Positions 19,886-29,292 of a DNA stretch of 64,000 nucleotides are shown one piece after another. The notes beneath the pieces were generated by a model. That model did not search any database. It saw nothing but the letters and a program-made list of their open reading frames with translations, and was not told the DNA's origin. The position numbers were made by a program, and so were the translations under genes. How positions within the stretch are numbered: position 1 is the first letter of the stretch; each line of letters begins with the position of its first letter. The DNA is taken from NCBI GenBank assembly GCA_964408285.1, contig CAYOYV010000007.1:3681-67680 (forward strand), written 5' to 3'. This DNA is from an uncultured Nitrososphaerota archaeon. Lineage in GTDB: Archaea > Thermoproteota > EX4484-205 > JAAOZO01.

Positions 19886-20575
19886 ATGAAGGGAAGTCCT
19901 GCCCACGATTACTCAGATGTTAGAGTAGTGATATTCGACTTCGATGGCACATTGACCACATACCGTCCCATGATGATCGAAGCTATCCGGCAGACCCTCA
20001 AGCTTCATGGTATCGAGAGAACTGAAGTTGAACTGATCTCCGAATTCAAAGACCACCTACACGCTGGAATTAGAGATCTCCCATCGATTCTCAGGGCGAT
20101 GCTTGAGACACCAACTTCACGCAAGAGCGATGAGGTTTGGAGGCTCTTCGTTGGCACTCTGATGCGCTTGATTGAAGAGGCTGGTCCTCCAGAGGGCGTA
20201 AGCCAAGCTCTTGGGGAGCTCAGGGGTCGAGGAATTCAACTTGCCATAGTAAGCTTCCGTAGGAGGGATCTATTGAGATCTTTGTTATCAAAGATGTCCT
20301 GGGAGCAATTCTTCGACGCAGTAATAACGCCTCAGGATGTTCAGGCATTCAAGCCAAATCAAGATCCATTTCTTAGGGTGGCCACGCTTTTGAACGTAAG
20401 ACCTGAAGAGTGCATCGTCGTAGGCGATGAACCTGCCGACATCCTAGGAGGAAAAGCGGCCGGGATGAGAACGGTTGGAGTGTTGACTGGCATGTTGGAC
20501 AAGACCCTTCTCGAAGAACTGGGGCCCACATCAATAATAGGCTCTGTAGTTGAGATTGGCAAATTGCTTGACTAG
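19886..20575 (+). CDS. HAD superfamily hydrolase
   Basis: 'VVIFDFDGTL' matches motif I (DxDGT). A GGAGG-like sequence lies 8 nt upstream. Confidence 0.75.
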   Translation: MKGSPAHDYSDVRVVIFDFDGTLTTYRPMMIEAIRQTLKLHGIERTEVELISEFKDHLHAGIRDLPSILRAMLETPTSRKSDEVWRLFVGTLMRLIEEAGPPEGVSQALGELRGRGIQLAIVSFRRRDLLRSLLSKMSWEQFFDAVITPQDVQAFKPNQDPFLRVATLLNVRPEECIVVGDEPADILGGKAAGMRTVGVLTGMLDKTLLEELGPTSIIGSVVEIGKLLD

Positions 20576-20612
20576 CCCGAACACACGCGTAGACTCATAG
20601 TACAGGGTACGA

Positions 20613-23375
20613 TCAGAATTGCTGATACGCTGAAGACATAATCACAAAAGAATTCCTCCCTTTCGTCTCTCGCAAAGGAAAGAACAGCATCCGCGTGCGT
20701 TCCCCCTCGATAGTGAGACCAGGAGGTCCTTTGATGACTATCGTGGTCTTGGCCGCAGTTGCTTCGACATGGTCGATTTCGTAGCCTTGGATGCTCCCGT
20801 CCCCATGGATGAGCAGCAACGCAGCTCCGTCAAGAGAGCAGTCCGTTGGTAAGTTGGCGTCCGTCTCGAAACCACAATCGATAGCCCCTGTGATTCCGCC
20901 TTCCCAACGGCCCGGGGCTTTGAGCGAGCGATCACCGTAAGTCAACTCCATGCCATCCAACAAGTACATCCAAGTGACCTGGCCTTTGGACGTCGAGACG
21001 ATGCCGAATCTGCCGCGTAACTCGATCCGCTTTGGACCCAGGATCTGGCGAAGTTGGTAGGGAGGCTCATCATTTGTGCTCAAGATATAGTCAATGCGAT
21101 CGCCTATACGAACGGCCAGTGCCACAGCGAATTCGCCGCTGGGATGAAATTCCAGCCTCTGTAACTCGTCGATAGCCGGCCGACCTCTATATGGTTCGTG
21201 GACAGCTGCGAAAGCGCTGGAGAGATTTTTGCCCAGTCGCCGGGCCAACACGATGGGCATCGTGTACTTTCCGGCCTCAGCATCTTTTTCGAGGGCTCGT
21301 CGCATAGAGAAGGCTCTGCCAAATACCACCTCCGTTCCGGGGTTTCCTGACATGATCGTCCTAAGCCCTATCTCGCTCTCTTCGACATAGCGAAAATCGA
21401 CCCACCAGGGTTCGTTCGTCCTGCAAACCCGTATTTCTCTAATCTCCCTGTAGGAGCTGTCATCCTCTTCCCCCCGTATCTTGTCGAACTCGAAAAGGGT
21501 TCCGTCTCGAGGCTGGAGTGTCAAATTGGAGACAGCCAACTGCTCTGTATCCGCGTCGCCGTGTAGGGCCCAGTCATGAGATCCGCCACCCTTCACGCGG
21601 AATATATCAACCACGTAGAAGTCATTCTCAGACAGAGCTATTGTCGCCAGCAGACGCCGATAGGTTTTGACCCCTCTATAGCGATAGAAGGCTGGCCCTT
21701 CTGCTTCAACGACTTGGACCTTGTCGTGGCGGGGGTCGTAAAGGAGCAGGTTTCCGAAGTGTTCTGCGTCATGCAGGTTCCCTTGAAAATGGCTGGTCTT
21801 GGTCTCAACCCACATTCCTTCCCGAAAGAAGCCCTTGTCCGAAGGGGATTGGTCTTGGCGATCCACCACCACCGTGTTGTGGAGCACAGTCGGGTACGTG
21901 CGCCATGTCATCGAACGTGCCCCACTGTAGCCCAAGTCACATACCATCTCTCGGCCCTTCGCAAAGAGGATAGTGTTGAGACTGTCAGCGTGCCAGTGGC
22001 CAAGGTGGGCGTAGCACCAGTGCAGGTGAACCTGCCAACCTTCTTCTCCTAAACCGCGACCGAGGATGCAATGTCCCATGCCTGACAATAGGTGGGTTTC
22101 AAAAACCGCGTCGCGCTGGACGGGAGGACGTGCCGGCAGGTACCACCACCAACCCCCTGTGTCATGTACGTGCGTCCTCATTGGAGCGACCAGCGGGCGT
22201 TCTCCGTGTTCTATTTGAGCGAACCGCGGACACTCCTTTTCCAGATCTAGGTTGTCAAACCTGCCCCCCGACGCAGGGTGCCGATAGCCTGGCGGGTCGC
22301 TGTAGCCCTTGGCCAAGTTCACTATGGCTCGCAACGAGCGAACGACGCTTTGGTGGTAGCTTACCGTTCCCTCATTCCATATGCCCTCTCGGAAGAAGCC
22401 CTTCTCAATAACGCGTTGGAAGATCTCGCAGGCTTCGTGCACGTAGGCCGGTTCCTGAATGACTCTACCTAGAACCAGTAGCCCCCTTGCGTACTCTCCG
22501 TGCGCGTTTCGAACTCCTGCCAGGTCACTTTCGAACAGGTGGCAGAAATCTACCGTTGCCCGGAAGAAGGTTTCGATGAGGCCATTCACGTTCTTGCCCT
22601 TCTCCTGACTCAGTTTCTCCATCTCTCCGCTCTGATAGATAAGGTCGTAGGAGAGAACCAACTCGACAGGTATCTCGTCCCAGAACCAATAGTCCGCCCA
22701 TATGCCAGCCTGCGGGCTGTCAGTGGCGCTGTAGGGTGGTTTGCGATCGTGGAAAAAAACCGTATTGATCCCCAACCAATCGTCGCTTCCGTGGACTAAC
22801 CAACATCGATACACCTCAGCGAAGCGAGCAAGGATTACAGCGGCTTTGTGGGCAAACCGCACATCTCCTGTCGCATGATATAACTTCGCCAAATCGAGCG
22901 CGCTCTCCGTGAAGTAGATCTTCTTGTGATAGTTAGCCCGACATTCAAAGAAGAACCTAATGCCCCTTGGGGACTCATAGTACCTGTAATCCTCATCAAT
23001 TCCCAGGGGATTCCTCACTTTCAGGACCTTGTCGGCAGGGTACCTCTCATGCGGGATCTGAGAGTACGCGTCGAAGGTCATCTTGCAGTAGCGGCACCGT
23101 AGCTGACCAGGTGAGTTGACATCCCACGTGAGTTGATCGTTCTGCCGGCCCGTAGTGCAGTTCGGACACCTTATGCGAATGCTTGGGGTGCTTTGAGGCA
23201 TCATCTTCTCAAGCTCACCGTCGGTCATCGCCATGACCCTTTCCACTTTCTCCGATAGCAGCTTCGCATCGACAACTGGCTCATAGACCGGATGCTCCCC
23301 CGGGTGCAATGCACGATTTTCGTACATAGAACCGCAGAACTGGTACTTGCCTCGTTCGTTTCTTGAGTTCAACAT
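20613..23375 (-). CDS. heparinase II/III-like protein (alginate-lyase-like toroid plus Hepar_II_III domain) with N-terminal Cys4 zinc ribbon
   Basis: 920-aa ORF. 'NEGTVSYHQSVVRSL' matches E-G-x-x-x-Y-H, and 'AHLGHWHADSLNTILFAKG' matches H-x-H-x-D. The N-terminus carries 'CPNC...CRYC'. There is no signal peptide. Confidence 0.6.
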   Translation of the reverse strand: MLNSRNERGKYQFCGSMYENRALHPGEHPVYEPVVDAKLLSEKVERVMAMTDGELEKMMPQSTPSIRIRCPNCTTGRQNDQLTWDVNSPGQLRCRYCKMTFDAYSQIPHERYPADKVLKVRNPLGIDEDYRYYESPRGIRFFFECRANYHKKIYFTESALDLAKLYHATGDVRFAHKAAVILARFAEVYRCWLVHGSDDWLGINTVFFHDRKPPYSATDSPQAGIWADYWFWDEIPVELVLSYDLIYQSGEMEKLSQEKGKNVNGLIETFFRATVDFCHLFESDLAGVRNAHGEYARGLLVLGRVIQEPAYVHEACEIFQRVIEKGFFREGIWNEGTVSYHQSVVRSLRAIVNLAKGYSDPPGYRHPASGGRFDNLDLEKECPRFAQIEHGERPLVAPMRTHVHDTGGWWWYLPARPPVQRDAVFETHLLSGMGHCILGRGLGEEGWQVHLHWCYAHLGHWHADSLNTILFAKGREMVCDLGYSGARSMTWRTYPTVLHNTVVVDRQDQSPSDKGFFREGMWVETKTSHFQGNLHDAEHFGNLLLYDPRHDKVQVVEAEGPAFYRYRGVKTYRRLLATIALSENDFYVVDIFRVKGGGSHDWALHGDADTEQLAVSNLTLQPRDGTLFEFDKIRGEEDDSSYREIREIRVCRTNEPWWVDFRYVEESEIGLRTIMSGNPGTEVVFGRAFSMRRALEKDAEAGKYTMPIVLARRLGKNLSSAFAAVHEPYRGRPAIDELQRLEFHPSGEFAVALAVRIGDRIDYILSTNDEPPYQLRQILGPKRIELRGRFGIVSTSKGQVTWMYLLDGMELTYGDRSLKAPGRWEGGITGAIDCGFETDANLPTDCSLDGAALLLIHGDGSIQGYEIDHVEATAAKTTIVIKGPPGLTIEGERTRMLFFPLRETKGRNSFVIMSSAYQQF

Positions 23376-23433
23376 AGTTCCGCTCCCTGAAAACCAAGCA
23401 CTATCCGTGCTCTCTTATTCATCATACATAGCC

Positions 23434-24582
23434 TCAATTCTGTTTCTCCCACATTTCATCCAGCTTGATTGATTTACTCGGAAGAATCGCTGAATAATGA
23501 TTCACTCCAACTGGGTCGTCAAGTGAGAATGGCCCTTGCCATCTATTGCGAGTTGGCGCCCCAAAACAGACGTTTGCCTTCAAATCAGACAAGTCAAAGA
23601 TTATTGAGAACAGCGTTCCAAAATAGTCGTCGTAGTAGTGTCCACAGAGGCCATGATATATCTCCTTGGAGAGCAGTTCCCTGATCGCTTCTTTGCTGAT
23701 GCTAGGTGATTCGCGCGACAAACGGGTGCCGATGAGTTCAAACCTCCTCTTCGAATTCTTCAATATCCAATCGCCGGCGTATTTCTGATATTTGACTAAG
23801 TCAGGCAAAACATAATGGTTGGTTGAAAACAGGCATTGTTCAGATGAATTAGGCCCTACGCGTTTTGTATGATATTCTCCATCGAAGAACTGGGCCAGGG
23901 CAGCATTGTTCTCCTTGTCCGTCATCAGGAAGCTCCAATATCCACTGATTGGCATCTTCTCCAAATGCCTCAACGCTTCCGCAACCGTTTTGCAATTGTC
24001 CAATAATGCTCTAACGACCAAGAAGAAACCGAATCCTTTTTTCGTTGCTTCCCTCTTGAAGGTGCCTCCTCCTGTGAAGGTGATACACAATCCATACTCG
24101 TTCATTCCATCGTCTCGAGCAAGAAGGAATTCGGAGAATCCGATGTGTTTGACTTTTCCTTTGATTCTGATAGTGCAAAGACGGAAATCATTCTTTTCAT
24201 GATGGTATTCGTAACTTCTCCCCACGTAGATGTGTTTATCATGCGTTATTGGCGACAGGACTGCCAGTTGGCTGCACCTTCCGGGCTGATAGACCGGGGG
24301 GTTGTAGATCTGAAGTCTCTCTGGTCCGACACCTAGACTATCCGCCAATCCCTTTATCTCATCGTTGATTCCGTGACAATATTTTTCATAGAAAGCCATC
24401 AGTTCCTCGAAATCACTGAACCCCAGTTTCTTCGGTTCGACCTTCGCAGAAGCAAACCATTTGGCCTCGCTCGGGTTTTTTGCTTTCAGGATCTCGCCTT
24501 GTTGCACGCCGACCTCATAGCTGGAACCTTCCAGAACCACATGTTGAAAGTCCCTCCTTACTATTCTGTATTCGTGGTTCAA
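23434..24582 (-). CDS. C45 family peptidase / acyl-CoA:6-aminopenicillanic-acid acyltransferase-like (Ntn hydrolase)
   Basis: 382-aa ORF with 'GSSYEVGVQQGE' at the N-terminus and a 'GRCSQLAV' candidate nucleophile Cys. Confidence 0.5.
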   Translation of the reverse strand: MNHEYRIVRRDFQHVVLEGSSYEVGVQQGEILKAKNPSEAKWFASAKVEPKKLGFSDFEELMAFYEKYCHGINDEIKGLADSLGVGPERLQIYNPPVYQPGRCSQLAVLSPITHDKHIYVGRSYEYHHEKNDFRLCTIRIKGKVKHIGFSEFLLARDDGMNEYGLCITFTGGGTFKREATKKGFGFFLVVRALLDNCKTVAEALRHLEKMPISGYWSFLMTDKENNAALAQFFDGEYHTKRVGPNSSEQCLFSTNHYVLPDLVKYQKYAGDWILKNSKRRFELIGTRLSRESPSISKEAIRELLSKEIYHGLCGHYYDDYFGTLFSIIFDLSDLKANVCFGAPTRNRWQGPFSLDDPVGVNHYSAILPSKSIKLDEMWEKQN

Positions 24583-24676
24583 TTTCGCTCAATCCACTTA
24601 TGTTGTTCCGTGATATATACTACGATATATACTACTCTGATAGAACATGGAAATAAGGCTGTTGGGGGACTCACCA

Positions 24677-25585
24677 TCACAGGCTCTTGAACATGACACG
24701 CCTCATATAGAGCTTCTTCTTTTCGCGAGCACGCGAGTACGCGCGCCCAGTGGGGAAAGGAATTCTTGGTAACGCCCAGGCATCCCGCGTTGCACGTTTT
24801 GAATAGATCTGACTAGATGCCCGTGCGAGTAAGACAAGGGCCAAAATGATGATTCCAAGTGCAAGTAAGTTTAGCAGATCCCCATAAAAGAGGTGAACCG
24901 CTAGGAATCCAAGGACAATGAGAAGCCAAGCTCCGATAAGAACCGCTGCCGCCTTGAGAGAGCTTCTCCTGTCTGTCATGAAATACTTCTTGAGGTCTGG
25001 AATCAAGCTCTCCGGTTTCGTCGCATATCTTAGAATCTTGTAGCCGCCTATGATTGAACACGGAAGCGCAAGAAAGGAGAGCAGTTGGCCGAGAGGAGTG
25101 AAGTCAGATGCGCGCCCCACTACGACCTCGATCTTGCCAGCAGAAACATAAGACGACGAAACACCTGTCTTGATTGAGTAGGTGCCCGGCGATAACGTAA
25201 TCCACTGGCTGTCAAGCTTCGTCTCCTTCTCAGGTCCAGATGAATTGAACTTGGACTCATGCGCCCATGCAACACCGGAGCCGTTTTCGATCCTGACTCT
25301 GATGACCGCCGAATCAGGGACAAGAAATTGATATGATACTCGGACCTCCAATTTGGCCGGCGGATAGTGGAGGAAATTGGTTGGCACAACCAAGAACTCA
25401 ACAGATGTAGCGGGGCTGGAGTATGAATAGGTCGTGGTATATCTCTCCCACACTGAAAATCCAACAATTGATGTCGCAACGACAAATAGAGAAGCACCCA
25501 ATATGAGGAACGAAGTTGATCTCCTTCTCTTGACTGTTACATGTAATGACGGAGGAGCAGTGGAAGACGGGTCGAACTTGGTCAA
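24677..25585 (-). CDS. membrane protein, hypothetical (N- and C-terminal TM helices around a β-rich extracytoplasmic domain)
   Basis: 302-aa ORF with hydrophobic segments at residues ~20-45 and ~215-260. Confidence 0.4.
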   Translation of the reverse strand: MTKFDPSSTAPPSLHVTVKRRRSTSFLILGASLFVVATSIVGFSVWERYTTTYSYSSPATSVEFLVVPTNFLHYPPAKLEVRVSYQFLVPDSAVIRVRIENGSGVAWAHESKFNSSGPEKETKLDSQWITLSPGTYSIKTGVSSSYVSAGKIEVVVGRASDFTPLGQLLSFLALPCSIIGGYKILRYATKPESLIPDLKKYFMTDRRSSLKAAAVLIGAWLLIVLGFLAVHLFYGDLLNLLALGIIILALVLLARASSQIYSKRATRDAWALPRIPFPTGRAYSRAREKKKLYMRRVMFKSL

Positions 25586-25806
25586 AATCCACTGTCAAAC
25601 ATAATCATTTCGGTTAAAATCCTTTTCAGATCCGATGTCTTCAGGCCCTCGTGCCCATCGATCCCGTTGATTGCGGCCACCTATGTTGACCCACAGATTG
25701 GTGTGAGGGGCTGTCTCAGGTGCCTGTTACTCCGCCGGGGTTTGTAATCAGGCTCTCCGATCTTGAGAGCATGTGAGTTCTCGAGCGAACATACAGCGCT
25801 CTCTGA

Positions 25807-26286
25807 TCAGAACTTCTCGTGATGGACGATCTCCGACATGGCCTTTCTGGGCTTGGGTGGGTGTGACTCGGCTGGATAGCCAAGAGGCGTTACGGCAAGA
25901 ACCCTGATTCGCTCCGGAATCCTGAGTGCCTTCTTGATCTCATCATCGGCGCCCCAGCGTCCTATCCAGCAAGTTGCGAGGCCAAAGTTTGTGGCAGCTA
26001 AGACCAGGTGTTCGAAGGCTATGGCTATGTCTGTCTGGCTTGACGCCTCAGTGCATCCAACGATGACAATAGGCGCCTGCTGAGCCCATTCAGATATATC
26101 GAGCACTTTCTTCTTCCGGGGGTTCTTCACGACAATGAAGTGCCAGGGCTGCGCGTTCCCTCCTGAGGGGGCCAGCCTTGCTGCTTCAAGGACTTGAGTA
26201 AGCACTTTGTCAGGCACAGGATCAGGTCTGTACTTCCTTATGCTCATCCTTTTTCTTACGACCTCCATGAAGTCCGTCATATTCAA
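25807..26286 (-). CDS. nitroreductase family protein (paralogue of 138..659)
   Basis: 159-aa ORF with the motifs 'MSIRKYRPDPV...EAARLAPSGGNAQPWHFIVV', 'CWIG' and 'LGYPAE'. Confidence 0.8.
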   Translation of the reverse strand: MNMTDFMEVVRKRMSIRKYRPDPVPDKVLTQVLEAARLAPSGGNAQPWHFIVVKNPRKKKVLDISEWAQQAPIVIVGCTEASSQTDIAIAFEHLVLAATNFGLATCWIGRWGADDEIKKALRIPERIRVLAVTPLGYPAESHPPKPRKAMSEIVHHEKF

Positions 26287-26380
26287 CTCTCAATCGAGGC
26301 TCAAACCTAATAAGTCTAGCGTGCAGAAGTTCATCAGTCACTTCCTCAATAGAGCTACACTGGGGCATTGCGCACAGCCG

Positions 26381-26935
26381 TTAAACATTGTACCTCAATA
26401 CCATCAAGAGCCAAACAGAGGTCATAAGACAGGAAAGGGTCTCCTGTATTGCCACACCTCGCCACGGCCAATTCACAAACCAGATGATCGCGATGCCCAT
26501 GCCGAAGGCCAAACTAATCGCCCCTATCCTCGGAGAACCCAACGGCCATGAGCAATAACTGTATATCAGCATCGTGACGACCATTAGCGAGAATAATATG
26601 ACGGACACCAGAAAATGTGTCCAACCGGTGTTTTCGGGAAAGAAGCCTATCAGGGCAAGATCTATCGACATAGCCGTTGCCGGAATTGTCCAACTTAGGT
26701 ATTTCAATGAACGATGTCGAATGGAAATGAGAATCGCAAAGCATGTCGCCAGTCCCCCGGATAGGATCAGGCCCGAGTTGAAAATCCATGCGGTTGAGCC
26801 ATGAAGAGCTGTATTCCCAAGATCGCTTAGTGCGTTGTCGTAGAAATTGAACCATGGAGAAAGGACTATCGACGCAGCGATGAATGGATAGGCTATGATG
26901 GCACTTAAGACTCCGAGGATACTCTGGGCTTTCAT
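26381..26935 (-). CDS. DUF998-like polytopic membrane protein
   Basis: 184-aa ORF with 6 TM helices. It shares the N-terminal motif 'SPWFNFYDNALSDLG' with 46114..46791, which reads 'SPWFSWTRNALSDLG'. Confidence 0.5.
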   Translation of the reverse strand: MKAQSILGVLSAIIAYPFIAASIVLSPWFNFYDNALSDLGNTALHGSTAWIFNSGLILSGGLATCFAILISIRHRSLKYLSWTIPATAMSIDLALIGFFPENTGWTHFLVSVILFSLMVVTMLIYSYCSWPLGSPRIGAISLAFGMGIAIIWFVNWPWRGVAIQETLSCLMTSVWLLMVLRYNV

Positions 26936-27038
26936 CCAACCAGAAACTATCCAGGCGATTTTATTCTTTGTCTAGACAGTGCTCGGGTGGGAATGGGCCA
27001 CCTTTGAGCCACGATGCGCTCTCCTACTGAGCAATCAA

Positions 27039-28109
27039 TCACACGTGAGCATGCGCCGTCCTATCCATTAGGTGAAGAACGAGGCTGGCCAATCCAACCA
27101 TCAAGAGAGCGTAAGCCAAAAACCTGATAATCTCTGGGATAGTTGAGGTCTGACCAACGCCAATCTGGAGTTCACTTCGGTCCAAGGTGGATCCCTCAGC
27201 CAGCAGGCTGACTTGAACTGTTCCTTCCGCAATATGGAGGGGGAACTGGACGCTGGTCTCCTCGTTCGCCGAAAGCGACACCTTTCTGGCTTGGTCATAT
27301 TTCCCCTCGATGACCTGCACGATGAATGTTCCCTGTGACTGCCCCGTGTTCCTAACTTTGACAGAGAGAGTTGATTGGCCGCTTATCACCTGAGCCTGAG
27401 AGATCTTTCCCTCTAGCTTCACGAGCGCTGTCGAGAAGATAACGTCTGGTATCGTCAATGTGAAAACATAGTAGTCCGGAGCGTCCGCCTCGTTTTCATT
27501 TACCCAGCTTAAGTGATCAGCACTGGTGGTCGTGGGAGCCTTTGCCCATGAGGGAGAGAAGGAGTAGTTCAGCAGAGCAACGCCATCCGTAAACCTGAAG
27601 TCTATAGCGTCGATCCAGCTTTGCGGGTCCGAGGCAGTGTAGAAATCAGCCACCACAACTTGGTAAGTGTCGTCGCTGATCCGGGTCAGAGATGTCGTCG
27701 TGTTCAGCATGATCTTGAAAGTCGTCGTTATGGCACCTCTGAAGGTCTTCATCCCCTCCGAAAAACCCAGATTGCAGAAGACCGACTTGCTTAGGTCCAC
27801 TTGCGAGTGCGAGACGACGTTATAGTTCACGCCTCCTGTCGTAGCCGAGAAGAGAAGTACGCCCATCTCGACCGTAGAATTTTCCAAAGCAATGACCTCT
27901 TCATCAACGCTTCGGTTGCCTATTAGGCTCCGGCCTTGTTGGTCGAACGGGTGCTGATCGAGCACGACCAAGACAGCTCCACTCCTTCCAAAAACAAGCT
28001 CAAAGTTCAGACCAGTCCAGTAAATCTGCTGGGGATAGACTTTGGACATGAACAGCATTGCCAGAACAATGGAAAGCCCCAAAGCCAGGGGTGCACTCGC
28101 ACGCTTCAA
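27039..28109 (-). CDS. cell-surface protein, hypothetical (signal peptide, β-rich domain, C-terminal TM anchor)
   Basis: 356-aa ORF with a TTG start that overlaps the stop of the upstream gene (TTGA). The C-terminus reads 'LAYALLMVGLASLVLHLM'. Confidence 0.45.
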   Translation of the reverse strand: MKRASAPLALGLSIVLAMLFMSKVYPQQIYWTGLNFELVFGRSGAVLVVLDQHPFDQQGRSLIGNRSVDEEVIALENSTVEMGVLLFSATTGGVNYNVVSHSQVDLSKSVFCNLGFSEGMKTFRGAITTTFKIMLNTTTSLTRISDDTYQVVVADFYTASDPQSWIDAIDFRFTDGVALLNYSFSPSWAKAPTTTSADHLSWVNENEADAPDYYVFTLTIPDVIFSTALVKLEGKISQAQVISGQSTLSVKVRNTGQSQGTFIVQVIEGKYDQARKVSLSANEETSVQFPLHIAEGTVQVSLLAEGSTLDRSELQIGVGQTSTIPEIIRFLAYALLMVGLASLVLHLMDRTAHAHV

Positions 28110-29113
28110 CCTGGGATCACCCTGAATGTGAAATACATCTCCTGGACATCAAGCAACCCAGAAAGGCAATAACTTGTCAGCGTTGATCCAGTGAAAGTCT
28201 TTTCCTCAAAGATGTATTTCACGTGAGACTCAGAGAAGTCGCCGACCTTTACGCTCGGTCCTTCAAGGAGCTCAATGTCAACCCATCCAACTGGCTCCAC
28301 ATAGATCTGAGGCCAGGCATGCCCTCCCCAGTTGTCAGATGTCTCTACGCCCGAAGGAGTTGAAATGGCCCACATGGTTTCGTCGTGTGAAAAAAGCAAC
28401 ATCCCTCCAGCGACGCGGGCTCGTATCCCCAAGGCCCTAGCCAATGTAACGAACACGTCCGCAACCTCCTGACAGTCGCCCCTGAGAACAAGTTTGCCGT
28501 TCTTCAGCACAAGCGCGTGTTCGCCGCCCAAGCGCGGCATGATGGTGTAGTTCAGCCGGTCCAGTATCCACCTGCCTATGGCAGAGGAAGCAGCCATGGG
28601 ATCAGGAGAGTTGTAGGCTATCTCCTTTGCTATGGACACATAGGTCTTATTCTCCACCGGCCAGAACATCTTTGAGCCAGTCTTACTCTCTGCAACCGAT
28701 AAGTTGGGCCAAGGTGCACCCGCTATCTGGAGCTTGTATCTCTCGACTTTGACCTCGAACGTCTCATTGAGCCAAGTGCGGACGCCCCCCGGCAGAGTGA
28801 TGTTGTAGTTCAGTATCGGATTTCCATCCCCGTCAGTGCTCATGCGTAGTGGCTTCCAATTAGACCAAGTGAGTCTTGACCATTGTGTGCTCGCGTTTAT
28901 TGGCACAGAGACATATACGAGTTGCGAAACTGTTTCGTTGTAGGTATTCTCCAGAAGGAAACTCTGTTTGACAAGATATGTGTAGTTCACCCTTTCCAGA
29001 TACTGCACGCTAGGCTGGCTGCCCACTGGCGTGGCCGTCCTCGGATAGAGCAGTAGGATCGCGACTCCGAGAGCAATGGCAACTGAGCCAATGATGAGTT
29101 TGCTTGACACCAA
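28106..29113 (-). CDS. transglutaminase-like (papain-fold) domain protein with N-terminal TM helix
   Basis: The Cys-His-Asp core is 'GDCQEVADVFVTLARALGIRARVAGG', '...GHAWPQIYVEPVGWVDIE'. Confidence 0.6.
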   Translation of the reverse strand: MVSSKLIIGSVAIALGVAILLLYPRTATPVGSQPSVQYLERVNYTYLVKQSFLLENTYNETVSQLVYVSVPINASTQWSRLTWSNWKPLRMSTDGDGNPILNYNITLPGGVRTWLNETFEVKVERYKLQIAGAPWPNLSVAESKTGSKMFWPVENKTYVSIAKEIAYNSPDPMAASSAIGRWILDRLNYTIMPRLGGEHALVLKNGKLVLRGDCQEVADVFVTLARALGIRARVAGGMLLFSHDETMWAISTPSGVETSDNWGGHAWPQIYVEPVGWVDIELLEGPSVKVGDFSESHVKYIFEEKTFTGSTLTSYCLSGLLDVQEMYFTFRVIPG

Positions 29114-29292
29114 ACCAAGCGGCTCGCAGGATGGCTCTCTTTTAAGTTTTTTTCATAGTCTGTCCTCAATTCTCTCGAGGTCTATGTGCCTAAACGCACC
29201 TGTGACCCTAAGGATCCTAATGTCTGGGATAGTCTTATTTACGTTCAGATTCTTGACGCTAAATGACGTTGAGGAAAACTTGGCAGGAAAAA

